Counted from the first letter of the stretch, positions 22,835 to 35,714 are shown. The stretch: 64,000 nucleotides of DNA from Selaginella moellendorffii (GCF_000143415.4 NW_003314306.1:294029-358028), one strand, 5' to 3'. The notes: generated by a model not told the origin, from the letters alone. Made by a program: numbers and translations.

Positions 22835-25800
22835 ATGGCAAGGGCAGGGCGTAAGCGAACCCAGGCGGAGACGGAACCTCCGCCAGAGCTGGAGCCTCCG
22901 GTCGAACAAGAGGCTATGGATGAGGAATCCTTGCATGAGGAGGACTCCAGTGAGGAAACTTCCAAACAGGAGTTCGGTGGCGAGGTTCGGTCGTCCAAAG
23001 CTCGATTGGACGTGCTAGAAGGACAGTTGGCACAGACCAATGCCCTGCTGGAGACTCTCGTACGCAAGCTAAAGCGTGACGAGAGGCGGAAGAAAAAGAA
23101 AAAGACTGCGGATGCTGGCAGCGCAGAAGGTGCGGATCTTTCGGCCAGGACTGAGGCAAAACCAGACAAGGTCGAACAAACCGAAGTGGAATCAGTCCCT
23201 CAGGCAGTTCCCAAGTACAAACCAAAGCCCCCACCGGTCTTCAAGGGAGTGAATGACTATAAGGTGGTGGAGGATTGGTTTTACGATATGGAGGACTACT
23301 TCCGAGCGTTGCGGTTACCAAGCTCGGAGAAGGTCCCATGTGCAAAACCATACTTGGCAGATAATGCCAAGTCTTGGTGGAGAACAACGGAGGCCAACGA
23401 AGGACCGGTGGTCACTTGGGACATGATGAAGGCGAGGATCCGCGCAACATATGTTCCTCCGAATGCCACTCTGCATCTGAGGGATGAACTGAGTAGGCTG
23501 AAACAGACAGGAACCATCCAGGAATATGTGAATGGGTTCATGGTAAAGAGGATACTTGTCACGGACATGGGGGATATGGATGCGTTCCATGCCTTCATAT
23601 CAGGTTTGCAAACCTGGGCTCGCGGCGAGGTGATGAGGTGGAACCCGACCAACTACAAGGAAGCGTTGGATGCGGCCATCAAGGTGCATTTCAACGATAA
23701 CCTGCGAAAGGGGAACACGACGGGGTCGGGATCCACATTTAGCAAAGGGGCCAAACCAAGGGGAACGTATAGCAAGGGGAAATTCAAAAGGAGTTTCTCT
23801 AAGAATGAGTCCTCGGGGTTCCGGAAAGGCAAATCCGGTGGCCAGCGAGCGAGTACGTGGGGGAGTCAAGCGAAAAAGGACAAACCCACGGATAAGAAGG
23901 TCAAGTCGTATAGCAGCGTGGGAAACAACGTATGCTACAATTGCGGCGAAGCGGGACACTTCTCGAGGGAATGTCCCTACCCGAAGAAGGCCAGAGCCAA
24001 TATGGCCATCAAGTCGGGTGAAGTCCAAACTGAGGTATGTGATCCAGTCCCTAACTCAAAGTTACTCATTACCCGAGCAACTTTGGTAGAGAGTCGTTCG
24101 CGACATCTACTAGCCCTCCGAGGGAAGCTCGGAGGTAGCTTTGTTAAGATCCTTATTGACACGGGTGCTTCGGATAATTTTGTGGCTGCAGACATAGTCC
24201 GGCAAGCCGGACTAACGGTGCAGCGGCTAGGCGAACCAAGGACTATAGAGTTTGTTCAGGGTAGCCAAAGCACCGATGAGGTACTTCGACAAGCGAGAGT
24301 CGAAGTGGGGACATGGAAAGTGGACATGGATTTCACCGTCTTGGATATGGCGGGATTTGACGTGATCTTCGGAATGGATTGGTTTAATCGGTTCGTGGTA
24401 GCCCTGCATGGACAAGGTAGGAACCTTGTGGTATTGGCGAATGCCCAAGGAAGAAGATCTAGGGTGGAGGCCCAGGATCTAAAGGTAGGGCAAAGCAAGG
24501 CCAAAGAGTCATGCTTGAACCTGGTGTCCACGAGAGGACAACTCACTAAAGGAACTAAGACAGCCTTTTTGTGCTTACTCTCGGTGAAGAGTGACAAAAA
24601 GACAAGAACGGAAGAAGTGCCTTTAGTGATCCAGCGAGTGTTGGACCAATTCCAGGATACCATGCCGGAGGAGCTACCGGCGGGGTTGCCCCCCGCACGA
24701 CCGATAGAACATAAGATTGAGCTTGTCGAGGGCGCTGAGGTGGTGGTTCGTCCCCCCTATCGTTTGAACGAAAAAGAACTCAAGGAGCTCAAGTGCCAAC
24801 TAGAGGAGTTGGTGGGCAAAGGGTATGTTAGGTTGAGCAAGTCGCCGTATGGGGCGCCGGTATTATTTGTGAAAAAGAAAGATGGATCTATGCGCATGTG
24901 CATAGATTACCGGTTGCTCAACAAGTATACCAAGAAGAACAAGTACCCGTTGCCAAGGATTGAGGACCTGTTCGATAGGTTGGGAAAGGCAAAATACTTC
25001 TCGAGGATTGACCTAAGGTCAGGATACTACCAGATCAGGGTAGCCGAGGAAGATGTCGAGAAGACAACCTGTCGAACGAGGTATGGGAGCTTTGAGTTTT
25101 TGGTGATGCCCTTTGGGCTGTGCAATGCGCCGGCAACGTTTTCGGCGTTGATGAACCACATCTTTGTACCCTATCTGGATCACTTTGTGGTCGTCTATAT
25201 TGACGACATCCTGATCTATAGCGAGACGCTAGAGGAGCATGCCGAACACTTGGCGAAGGTGTTTGAGAAACTAAGGGAATATAAACTGTATGCTAAAGAG
25301 AGCAAATGTGACTTTGCTCAGCAAGAGGTAAAGTTTCTCGGGCATGTGGTGGGCCAGGACGGGCTCAAGGTGGACCCGGAGAAGGTCTAAGCGATCCAGG
25401 AATGGGAGCGACCATCGAATGTACATGAGTTGAGGGCGTTCTTGGGGCTATGCAACTACTATCGAAAGTTTATCAGACACTATTCGAGAGTAGCCCTGCC
25501 CTTAACGGATCAAACGGGAAAAGGGAAGATGGTATGGACAGCGGAATGCGAGGCGGCATTCGTCCACCTCAAAGGGAAGTTGAGGAAGGCTCCGGTGTTG
25601 GCATTACCAGACTTTGGTAAGGACTTTGAGGTAGACTGTAAGCAACCAAAGGGAACGACTCGGGAGACGATCCATAGGGGTTCAAATATAGAGGGAAAGG
25701 GCCCATGAACAAGAGTGCACCCCCTTTTCCAATCGGTAAGTGGCCTGCCCACGAGAAGGAATTGTTTGCGGTGGTCAAAGCGCTCAAGGAGTGGCGACAC

Positions 25801-27615
25801 TACCTTGGGAGACACTTCAAGGTTTACACGGACAATATGGCAACGAAACACTTCTTGTCACAACCCGACCTGAGAGGGAAACAAGGTCGGTGGGCCAATG
25901 CCTTGGCCGAGTTTGATTGCGAGATTCTGTACAAGCCTGGGAAGAGCAACATCGTGGCAGATGCGCTAAGTCGAAAAGCGAGCTTGAGGTTGGCGATCTC
26001 CAGCGCAACAGCAACCTTCTGGGACGATGTGCGGACAGCATATGAGAATGATGGTCTAGCACAAGAAGTGTTGTTGAGGAATCTGGAGGCACGGGAAGCT
26101 CACCAGAGAGGTGAGCCGCCAACGGAAGAGAAAACGGGCTATGCGGAACGCAATGGACTCATTTATTACAAGCAAACGAGGGTGTATGTTCCAGAAGGTG
26201 GACTAAGGAAGGTAGCCTTAGAAGAGTGTCATGACGGACCTCTTGCGGGACACGGCGGAGTGCCCAAGACGATGGGCTTACTCAAGAGGAAGTACCATTG
26301 GCCAGATATGGCTAAGGACGTCCAAGACTATGTAAAGACATGTCCAACATGTCAGCAGGTCAAAGCCGTGACTAAGGCTAGTGGGGGCTTGTTGCAAAGC
26401 ATCCCAATTCCAGATCGTCCGTGGAAATGTCTCACGATGGACTTCATCACGGGACTACCCCCAAGCGAGGGGTTCGATGCGATATTCGTGGTGGTGGACC
26501 GATTTTCGAAGATGGCACATTTCATACCCACCACAACGGAGGTGGATGCGGAAGGTGTGGCGAAACTGTTCTTCGAACAAGTGGTTCGAGTGCGGGGAAG
26601 GCCAGAGGAGATTATCTCAGATCGAGATAAGATCTTCACTAGTAGGTTCTGGAGGACCCTCCTGGAACAGTATTGCACCAAGTTGAAATTCAGCACAGCC
26701 TATCACCCACAGACAGGTATGGGGTATTAAGTCAAGTTTGGTGGTCCTAACACTTCTTGACAGACGGACAAACGGAAAGGGTGAATAGGCAGCTAGAGGA
26801 TTATTTGCGATGCTATGTCTCGGGAGACCAGACCGATTGGGTAAGTCATTTGGGACTTGCGGAAATGTGTTATAACAACTCACCACATTCGAGTATCGGG
26901 GTGAGTCCATGGGAAGTCATCAATGGGCGAGCTATTGAAGGTCCTGTGGAACTCGGCGTGGCCGAGTATCATGGAGAGTTACCCGCAGTGGAGGCATTCA
27001 CGGCGGAAAGACTCAACATTTGGAATCTAGTGAGGGATTCCTTGGAACGGGCTCAACAAAGGCAAACCAAGTACGCGAACCTAAAGCGCCGGGACGTAGA
27101 GTTCCAAGCTGGGGAGAAGGTGTGGCTGAACACCAAGAACCTTAGGCTACCAAGTGGGATCAGCCGAAAGTTGACCCAAAGGTAAAAATGCATGTATTCC
27201 TGTAAATGAATTGATCTTGAGTTCCTTAAGCAGGTTCGCGGGGCCTTACGAGATTGAGGCACGAATCGGTAAAGTGGCTTACCGACTCCGACTTCCTCGA
27301 GAGATGGGGAAGATGCACCCAGTGTTCCATGTGAACTTACTCAAGCCGTACTTTGAGGATCCGCTTCGCAAAGACCAAGTAAGACCTTTACCTGAGGTTA
27401 TCCAAGGGGAAGAGGAATACGAAGTCGAGGCCATCCTCAATGCGCGCAAGAGCAAGCGACAAGGACGCGAGGTGAGAGAGTTCCATGTGAAGTGGAAAGG
27501 ATTTCCACACTGCGAAGCAACATGGGAACCGGAGGAGAACCTAGCGAACGCGCGAGATCTAGTGGAGGAATTTCTGCAAGGCAGAACTCTATGTACTTAT
27601 GCAAAGTTCAATTAA
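22835..27615 (+). CDS. Chromovirus gag-pol (disabled copy) with two introns in integrase
   Basis: [14 protein letters not shown] knuckle; ILIDTGAS protease; [13 protein letters not shown]; stop at 25388; RNase H N-terminus replaced; HDGPLAGH...[20 protein letters not shown] integrase motifs; introns 26717-26763 and 27182-27233; chromodomain YEVEAIL...[21 protein letters not shown]. Confidence 0.93.
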
Positions 27616-28020
27616 AAATATCAATTTGCAAAGTTGAGCAAGTGGCATATGTTGGGACCCGAAGGCGCGCCAAAGGTGAGCTAATTAGCATGGGTTAGCT
27701 AGGTCGACCAGGCGTAGGGAGCTACGCCCAACTCCCTGCGGGGATGTCGAAACCGTAGATGTATTCTACGGAGGTTGGGTTCGAGTCCCAACCCCCTAGT
27801 AAAGCAAGGCTGGGTTCAAGTCCCGACCCCATACTAGGGCGTGGTGAGGGGAGGAGTATAGGGACACCTATATTCCGTTGTCATGAGCTCTTGGCCGGGG
27901 AGGCTAACTTAGGCACACCGCTAAGTGGGGGGATGCCCCCGGAGACATGGTCAACAAGTCGTAGGATAAAAAAAGAGACGTTCGATGTGGGCATCGAACT
28001 TCTTCTATGGGTGGTGGAGT

Positions 28021-29168
28021 TGTAAGGAACCAACTCGCCGAGGTGTCGTAGGCTAAGGGAACCCCGAAAGCATGACCAAAATGACAAAGAGTTCATCGGA
28101 TGGGACCAAGTCAAAGATCGAGTCCAAGACCGACTCTAGGACCGAGTTCGAGATAGAGTCCGGAATCGAGTCCAAGACCGACTCGGGGACCGAGTTCGAG
28201 TCCGAGTTCGAGACCGAGTTCGAGACGGAGTCCGAGATCCGAAATCGGGTCCGAGACCGAGTCCGAAGTCGAGTCCGAGGTCGGGCCCGAGATCGGGTCC
28301 GAGATCGAGTCCGCGATCGAGTCCGAGACCGAATCCGAAGTCGGATCCGAAATCGGATCCGAGATCGAGCCAGAGACTAAGTCCAAATACTAATACGGGT
28401 CAAGGGGTGAAAGCCCAAAGCGTGCGTCCCCCAGGGGGGGGGGGCTGCAGGGGGTTCCAAAAGTATAGTAGGGATAGTGAGGTCCAGGAACCAGTTTTGA
28501 AGGGACTCTCCAGTTGGGCTTCCAAACCGACTTGAGGTTGGGACTGGGACTAAGGGGCCTTGGGTGGGAGTGAGCATGGACTTGGCTGGTGCCGGAGGGG
28601 CCATCCAAGGAAGTGCTCAAGAGCAGCTCCCACTCCCGAAAGGGAAACCGATTGCGGTGCTCCCGGCTCATGTGGAGTGGTGCCCCACTTGAGTACCATG
28701 CGGCTCATTGGTCCTCGCCCTTCCTAGGGGCTTGGGCCTTCCTTCGGGATGGAAGTGGGGGGCGAGAGGTACCCATACCGGGCCGTTAGGCCACGGTGTT
28801 TCGCCCCGGCGTCCCGAAGCAAGTGTTGCACTCAAGACTTGGGATTTAGAGGGTCCCATGATCAAGTCTTGTGGTACCAAGGGATGTTAGGAACCTGGAA
28901 GCTTGGTGTGCTTGGCTGCTTGTGCTTGCGGGGAGTGTAGCCGAACCTTAAGTCCAGTCTAACCCGGGGAGGGGGATTGGGAGTGATTTGGGAATCCGTG
29001 GAAGGATGGCTAACACTCCGTTGCTCGTGCAGTGAGTAGCTGAAACCAAGTAGGAGCTGGTACCATAGGCGAGAACCTTGGCAAGGGAACTTAGCAAAAG
29101 CCAAGGCAGTGTTGGACGGATAGACGAGGTAAGCTAGCAAATTGGAAAGGAAAAATTTGTGGCTTACA
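28021..29168 (+). repeat. Chromovirus 3' LTR
   Basis: Direct repeat of 21628-22775, preceded by the PPT-like GGGTGGTGGAGT. Confidence 0.97.
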
Positions 29169-29173
29169 GTCCG

Positions 29174-29650
29174 TGGATTCCATGTGATCTTCATAGACCC
29201 ACAGCGTCTTTGAAATTGTGGGCCTCCTGGACAACCTCCCCTAGCTCCCTCTAGGAATTCCTCATAGCCGCTGCCCCCCTCCGGGAAGCCGCTAGGATGT
29301 GCAAGGTGGATCTTGAAGGCGGACGTTGTCTCTACCACAAGTGCCAGTCCATATTCTTGCATGGAACTGCATGGAGTGTCTGTCACTTGGATGAGGATCC
29401 CCATGCATTCTTTTCTCCCACCATCTGTGTTGTACAGCCTCAGATCCTCGCCTTCCATCCCGAAAGTCCAACTGGTGAGCTCCTCCCCCTTCTCTGCATC
29501 CACATTGACAGTGGCTGGAAGAAGAACGCAGTTCCTTGCCTGTTCAGAAATGCACAACAATTAGAGCTGACAGATGAAAAGCTAGTAGCTGGAAATAACG
29601 TGAGGCCACACGCCATTCACCACTGCATCAGATGTCTTGAGGCTGCATCC
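29174..29650 (-). pseudogene. 5' exons of the cargo gene, separated from the rest by the chromovirus insertion
   Basis: Reading YEDHMESTD|LTYGDVQKLY joins across the GTCCG TSD. GT-AG intron at about 29540-29621. Confidence 0.55.
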
Positions 29651-29919
29651 TAAGATGGCGTGAGGCTACACGCCATCTGTAACCGGACTGCACTCGAGAG
29701 CCCAATCGGTGCATGCCAATGTTGCTACTGAATGGCATGTGGCCTCATGCCATTTTCTACTTGGCCTAAAAGACTTACCATTTGAAGCCGAATGGAGGCG
29801 TGACAATCGAGGCCGGACTCGCTGGCGAATGTGCACTGTGTGTGTAGCGGATCGTAGCAGCAAGGCTACTCTGCCACTTAACAGTTGGAGAGTGGCACTG
29901 AAATCTCCCGGGACGCCAA

Positions 29920-30180
29920 GTGGGTTGCGTGTGGGTGGCGGAGTGGGCGGCGGAGTTGGCGGCGAAGTTACAAACTGGGTGTGTCTTGAAGTGGACGCCG
30001 ATGCACACGAGCGCGATGCGAGCGCGAGTGTGATGCAAGCGCGAGTGGACGCCGATGCACACGAGAAACCTGTAGAGAAGGTAGATGAGTGCGAATGTGA
30101 GCGTGATCGCGAGTGGGAGCGCGATGCGAGCGCGAGTGTGCGAGCGTGAGCGCAAGTGTGCCAGCGCAAGTACGAAGCAA
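29920..30180. repeat. GC-rich GCGAGT/GTGGACGCCGATGCACACGA repeats upstream of the cargo gene
   Basis: Visible short tandem and near-tandem repeats. Confidence 0.6.
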
Positions 30181-30489
30181 AATGCAAAACCTAACCTCAC
30201 ACGCGTGAAATGTCACAACGGTTGGTAATCCCGCCACGTCATCATTCCTCGGACTTGGGCGCCACCATTAATTTTTGGATTGCCGCGCGCATGCAAGCAC
30301 ACAAAATCCAAAAGAAATCCGCAACGTCATCATTCCTCGGACTGCATGCACGCGAAATCCAAAAGAAAGATCATGATTGGGATATCATTTAATACCCTCG
30401 CTATATTTATACCATGCATGATTGGATATTCCAAAGCATCTTGTATTTCCAAAAATGGCAGATGTTCAGCTAAATAAAGAAATTTTATC

Positions 30490-31850
30490 TGTTTCTATTT
30501 TTCTCTCAAATCAATATTATAGCGTGTGGGCTCATGCAATTTTGAACCAAAGAAACCCAAAAAACGTTGGACCCAAAATATTTTTAAAAAACCCAAAAAA
30601 CCCTAAACATTTTAAACCCAAAAATCCAGGCGTCCTGTGGCGTTATTCCTTGAATGGCGTGTGGGCGCATGCCATTTTCAGGGCCAAATGCTGAATGGAG
30701 AAAAATTCCCTTTCAGTGCAAATGCTGCAAGAGGCAGATGCTGAGCACAAAAGACTGTAACTACCTCACATGACACAGATAAACTTTTCTCTATTTGGCA
30801 AAGATAAACTTTATAGCGTGTGGGCTCATGCAATTTTGAACCCAAAAAATGCACCAAAAAATTCTCGGCGTCATCTGGCGTTATCTCTTGAATGGCGTGG
30901 GGCCGCATGCCATTTTCAAGGGCACATAGGAGTATATTTCTAGGATATTCTGACACGCGCGAGATTTTTTTGAGTTTTTTGGAGATCCAACCGTTAGATC
31001 GCAACTAGATTTTACAGAAAGGTATACAATGTCTTTCTTGATGACCCTGCAAAGAAGCATCTCGATCAGACACCACATGAGACCACACGAGCCTTACAAT
31101 ATTTCAGGGGCATTTGCCATAGATCCGACCGTTATTTTGCTCCAAGATTTTACAGTTTGGTGTGCATTGACTTTTCCATCGACACTGCAAAGGGACATCA
31201 CAATCAAATGCGGGATCACAAGAAACTAACTTCACTAACTCTGGTTTCACTAAGATCTACGTAAGGAGTTATGAAATGAAAGGACCCTCTCTATTGAAAT
31301 GTGTTTATGGTCCTAGGGGCATTGTGACATATCAAAGGATTTTGCATCAAGTTCTATATTTGCATGTTTATCAAGCTACTGAATTGCTAAACCCTAAACC
31401 CTAAACCCTAAACATGTGGCAAATGCTGCGTGAAGAAAGATGCCCTTTCTGGGCAAATGCTGTAAGAGGCAGATGCCGAGCAGATGTATCTCAGGCTAGC
31501 GAAGGGGACAAACGAAAGCTAGCTATAAACATGACGGGATGCAAATAGATTACTAGGCTGGTCCTGCGAAAATCAAAAACCATAATTGAAAACATTGAAA
31601 ATGCAAAAAGAAAGGTTTATAATATTTTTGAATTTTAAGCAACCAAAGGAATGTAAGTAGGGCATGTGTTTGTAAGTTTAAAAATGCCTCGACCACTTAA
31701 ATTCCCAAGTAAATAAAGCTGTTTCTATTTTTGGTACAGGTAAACTTTATAGCGTGTGGGCTCATGCAATTTTGAACCCAAAAATGCACCAAAAAATGCT
31801 CGACTAGCATTATTCTTTGAATGGCGTGTGGCCTTATATTGCCATAAATG
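30490..31850. repeat. Three related modules of about 130-190 bp (about 30490, 30785, 31720), each with a palindrome pair, in the divergent intergenic region
   Basis: TATAGCGTGTGGGCTCATGCAATTTTGAACC...TTGAATGGCGTG occurs three times. Confidence 0.75.
31387..31413. repeat. (CCCTAAA)3 plant telomeric / telo-box repeat
   Basis: CTAAACCCTAAACCCTAAACCCTAAAC. Confidence 0.85.
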
Positions 31851-32219
31851 GACGTACACACACAGCATAATTATTCCTTTACACGGCGAATAATCTTGGC
31901 GCGGATCGCTGACATGGCATGGCAAAGTTCGAATCACTGACATGGCACAGCTGGATCGAGGCAAGGACATGATGTAACAAAGTTCAACCTCCGACAGCAA
32001 AGTCTAGAAGCTACTCAGTTTGAAATTTGTCAGAGGAGTCATAAGATCTGGTTTGTCAGAGGATTTGATGTGACGTTCAAGCGTGTGTTATTTTTGAATT
32101 CTCGAACTCATTCCTAGGTCTATCATTTTTATGCGCCATGTTCTTGGTTCCGCTGAGCGCAGTGAGCGCTGCTTGTGTAAGTGGCATTGTGAGCTATGGT
32201 TTATGCGTCTACGAGTGGT

Positions 32220-32342
32220 TGCAGCATTGCGAGCGCCATTGCGAGCGGCAGTTTATGCGAGTGGCAATTTGTGCGAGCGGCGCTACGAGCAGTTGCGGTG
32301 TTGCGAGCGGCGCTACGAGCAGTTGCGATGTTGCGAGCGGCA
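32220..32342. repeat. 30-bp tandem repeat (GCGAGCGGCGCTACGAGCAGTTGCG...) upstream of the transposase
   Basis: Directly visible. Confidence 0.7.
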
Positions 32343-32645
32343 CTGTTTTTGGTGTGGCTACCACTTCCTCTTGATATTCGGCACTTGTGCTTCCTGGTAT
32401 GTTCACCATGGAATGGCTTAGGACCACATTTAGAAATGGCATGAGGCCTCATGCCATTAGTGGTACCACTAATGGCATGAGGGCTCATGCCAATTTTGTG
32501 AATGCGAAATTTCACGTGGGTGTCAATAGCATGTTTGAATAATGGCATGTGACCTCATGCTATTGAGGTTGTTTGGTATGTTATGATTTAGGCCATTCTC
32601 CAATCATTTTTTGTATGGTCTTAACTTCTTTTCTGCACTTTCAGA

Positions 32646-35600
32646 ATGGCCTTCAGGGTTAGGGAAAAGGTTTACATTTTGAATGGTGGGAAGAGAGTTG
32701 CAAAAGGGACCCTTGTGTCTATGGATCAGAACTTTGTTATACACTGTCAAAGGCTTAGGGAAGGCAATGCTGCTGTATCAGTAGAGACTGTCTTCGATGG
32801 GAATGTGGTCGCTATTGAACGAGGAGAGATGGTCATCGGGGTAAATGTTGTTGTTGCCTTGAAAAATCTTCAGAAGAAAGCAGATGTTGGGGACAGCGCA
32901 AGTGCAACGCATGTTCCCTCCGTGGATCTTAAGAACTGTGCTACATGGATTCAGGCAAAGGTGTTTCTAAACAACCCCGAGGGGGAGGTGGTAGCTGAGG
33001 GCTTAGCCACAGTTGTCGATCCAAGAGATGCGGTTGCTAATCAAGAATTGGGCTGGGATGATATTGGAGTTGCGATTTTAGAGGTTGTTGACACAGAAGA
33101 AAACAGTCTGACTATTGGAAGCATTGTGCAGTGGAAATTGAGGCACTTAGTGTTTGAGAATGTGAAGGATTCACAATCAAACACCACTACAACTGATGAC
33201 AGAACATCTCTTCATGGGAAAAGAAAGTACACCTTCCTAAAGCGCAGCCAAAGGGATCTGAGCAACGAACCGAAAAGGCAAAAAATGGTGATGGAGGTTC
33301 GAATGGTCTCGACAGTTGCTTGTTGTAAGAGGAGGTGCTGTCAACATGCTGATTGGGATGCTATTGAAGAGGAGAGAGCAAGATACAAGACATTGTCCTG
33401 GAAGGCAGCTCGCAATTTTGTGTATGAGGCATTACGGTCATCTGTTGATGCTTCAGAACATCAGGTGAGGGGCATGGTCTTCTAGAGGGGTTTGGTCTGC
33501 ATGAAGGCATGGAGAATCATTTATGGAGTCCCTCGAACCACATTCTACAGAATCAAAACTGAGTTCGAGGAACAAAGGGTTCAACAGGCAGTCCATGGGA
33601 ACGACGGTACGCACAAAACCAGAGGTCATGTTGTATATGGAGAGGCAATCTTCAAGAGGTTTGTCGAGACATGTAGCGAGCAGCAACCACATAAAACCCG
33701 CCTCTTGGAAGATGGAACACGAGACACCCAACGAGTTCTCCCTTCCATGTATACCAAGGGGGCCATATTGGAAGATGTGAATCAGGAACTCCAGAGTAAT
33801 GGCTACAAGAAGCTGAGCCAATCTAGATTTAGTAGATTGTGGAGCAACAGGTTCAGAGATGTGAGTATAGGAAAGTACTCCAGCTTTTCAAAGTGTGACG
33901 AGTGCACTGCTATCAAAATGGCTTTGTCGAAGAATTCTTGCAGCGCTCAAGAGCAAGAGACGTTGGTTAGAAGGCGGCTCGACCACAACATCGAGCAGAG
34001 AAGCTGCAGGACTGCATATTATCATAACAGGATTCTCTCCATGGAGAGACCTGACTCTTACCTCTGCATCATCCACGACAAAATGGACCAGAAAAAGACG
34101 TGCTTACCTCGACTCAATCCTGCCCCCAAGGCAATCTCTTCATCCATGCAGCTGCCTGTGTCTCTGTTTGGCATAATCGCTCATGGGCATGGTGCCCAGA
34201 ACTATGGGAACTTCTTTGTACCTCTATGGGGTGGCGGGGGTGCAAACATGATGATTGCGTCCCTAGCAAAACACTTAAGGTCTCTGCAAAGTGCACAGAC
34301 TGAGCTGAACGGCCAACCCTTGCATAAGGCCCTTGTTGATTGAACCCCATACAGGGTTCAGCTGGAGGAGGAGCAAAGGCTTGCAGTATCGCGTGAGTCC
34401 CCATGCCATCCCAGTGAATATGTTGGCCGTCAGATTGTAGGGTTATCACGTGAGGCCTCATGCCATTCCGACGAGGCTGGTCGCCCGGTGAATGCACAGC
34501 CTCATCCAAACGAAGCAGAATCTCAAGGAAGTTCTTGCGGCCGATGTGGCCTTCCACCCCATCTTCTGCTCCAAACAGACAATGCTGGCAGTGAGAACAA
34601 AAACATGTACGTCTTCGCGTACTTGGCGATGCTTGTTGCCAAAGGCATATTTGAAATGGTTACACTTGGCTTTCTCATGGTTGGGCACACTCATGAAGAC
34701 GTCGATGCCATGTTCAGTCACCTGGCAGAGTCCCTCCAGCGATCCAATGTCCTCACCCTCCCACAACTCTACGATGAATTCCAAAATTGCATCAAAGGCA
34801 CTGTTGAAGCTGCACTTGTGACAGAGGTTCCAGACTTTAAGGGGTTTGTAAGAGGCTACATCAGGGACGGATCCAAAACGCTGATTGGCCACTCCAAGCC
34901 TCTTCAGTTTCATTTCAGCATGTGTGACGGTGCTCCAGTGATGAGGTACAAGATGAGAGAATGGGACACAGTGTGGCTGCCAGTGGACGGCATTGAACTC
35001 TTCAAGAGAGATCCCATAACTGGGGAACCTATGATTCCTCAGGGTTCCCCACGGCCGATGCACCCGGATGGACTCAAAGACCAGGAAAGTATAGTGGCCG
35101 GGATTAGACAGCATATTGCCTTCTGGAAGAGGGGGTTGGTGTTTGGTGGAGAATCCTATATCCAGAGGTGCAAGCCTTTGCTCGAATACTGGGAGAAGAT
35201 TATATCTGCTATCCAAAATGGGCCGGTTGTATATGAAGAATTGGAAGAGTCCTTTTGGCCAGAACCCAGAGCACCAGATAGTAGCGGAACAATGTCCTCT
35301 GGAAATGCAGTGACAGATAACGATGTTGAGGATCACTATTGTGGGCCGAGGAACAAGAAGCCGGATTCAGCATTCAATCCAGTACAGGTCTGCAAAGGAA
35401 TGGTTGTGCTTGTCAGACCCAGTAATAAAAAACAAATGATATGGGTGGGGCGCTGCATCACTGATGCAGAGGAGGACGCGGAAACTAACTCCTTCAATGT
35501 AACTGTGGAGTGGTTCAAGCCAAGTTCCGGATATATGAAGGATTGCCTAGAAAAGAGATGGGTGCTGAATCCAAGGGATCCCAGCATGAGCATATCGGTG

Positions 35601-35714
35601 GATAATGTTGTGCATGGTTGGATGCGGAAGCAGAGTGCCACCATCACCTTGCTAGACCATGCAAGAGATGCAGCAAGAGCATTCATAACCCGGGTTCAAG
35701 GTGAGATTCATTAA
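32646..35714 (+). pseudogene. Sola1/DUF7869-like DDE transposase, about 1020 codons with two in-frame stops
   Basis: ORFs 32646, 33492 and 34488 share one frame (stops at 33483 TAG and 34341 TGA). Motifs: CCKRRCC, VCMKAWRIIYGVPRTTFYR, FSKCDEC, IIHDKMDQ, LQTDNAGSENKN, FLMVGHTHEDVDAMFS. Probable terminal intron at about 35701-35752. Confidence 0.85.

Larger units (their letters stand above)
21628..29168 (+). mobile_element. Ty3/gypsy chromovirus, full length, recent insertion
   Basis: 1148-bp LTRs at 21628-22775 and 28021-29168 (TGTAAG...CTTACA; 4 differences noticed). 5-bp TSD GTCCG. PBS, purine-rich PPT, and gag-PR-RT-RH-IN-chromodomain order. Confidence 0.97.

Noticed and set aside
27586-27702. 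Possible third intron after the chromodomain
   Set aside because: Needs a non-canonical donor, and there is no conserved protein motif to test the junction.
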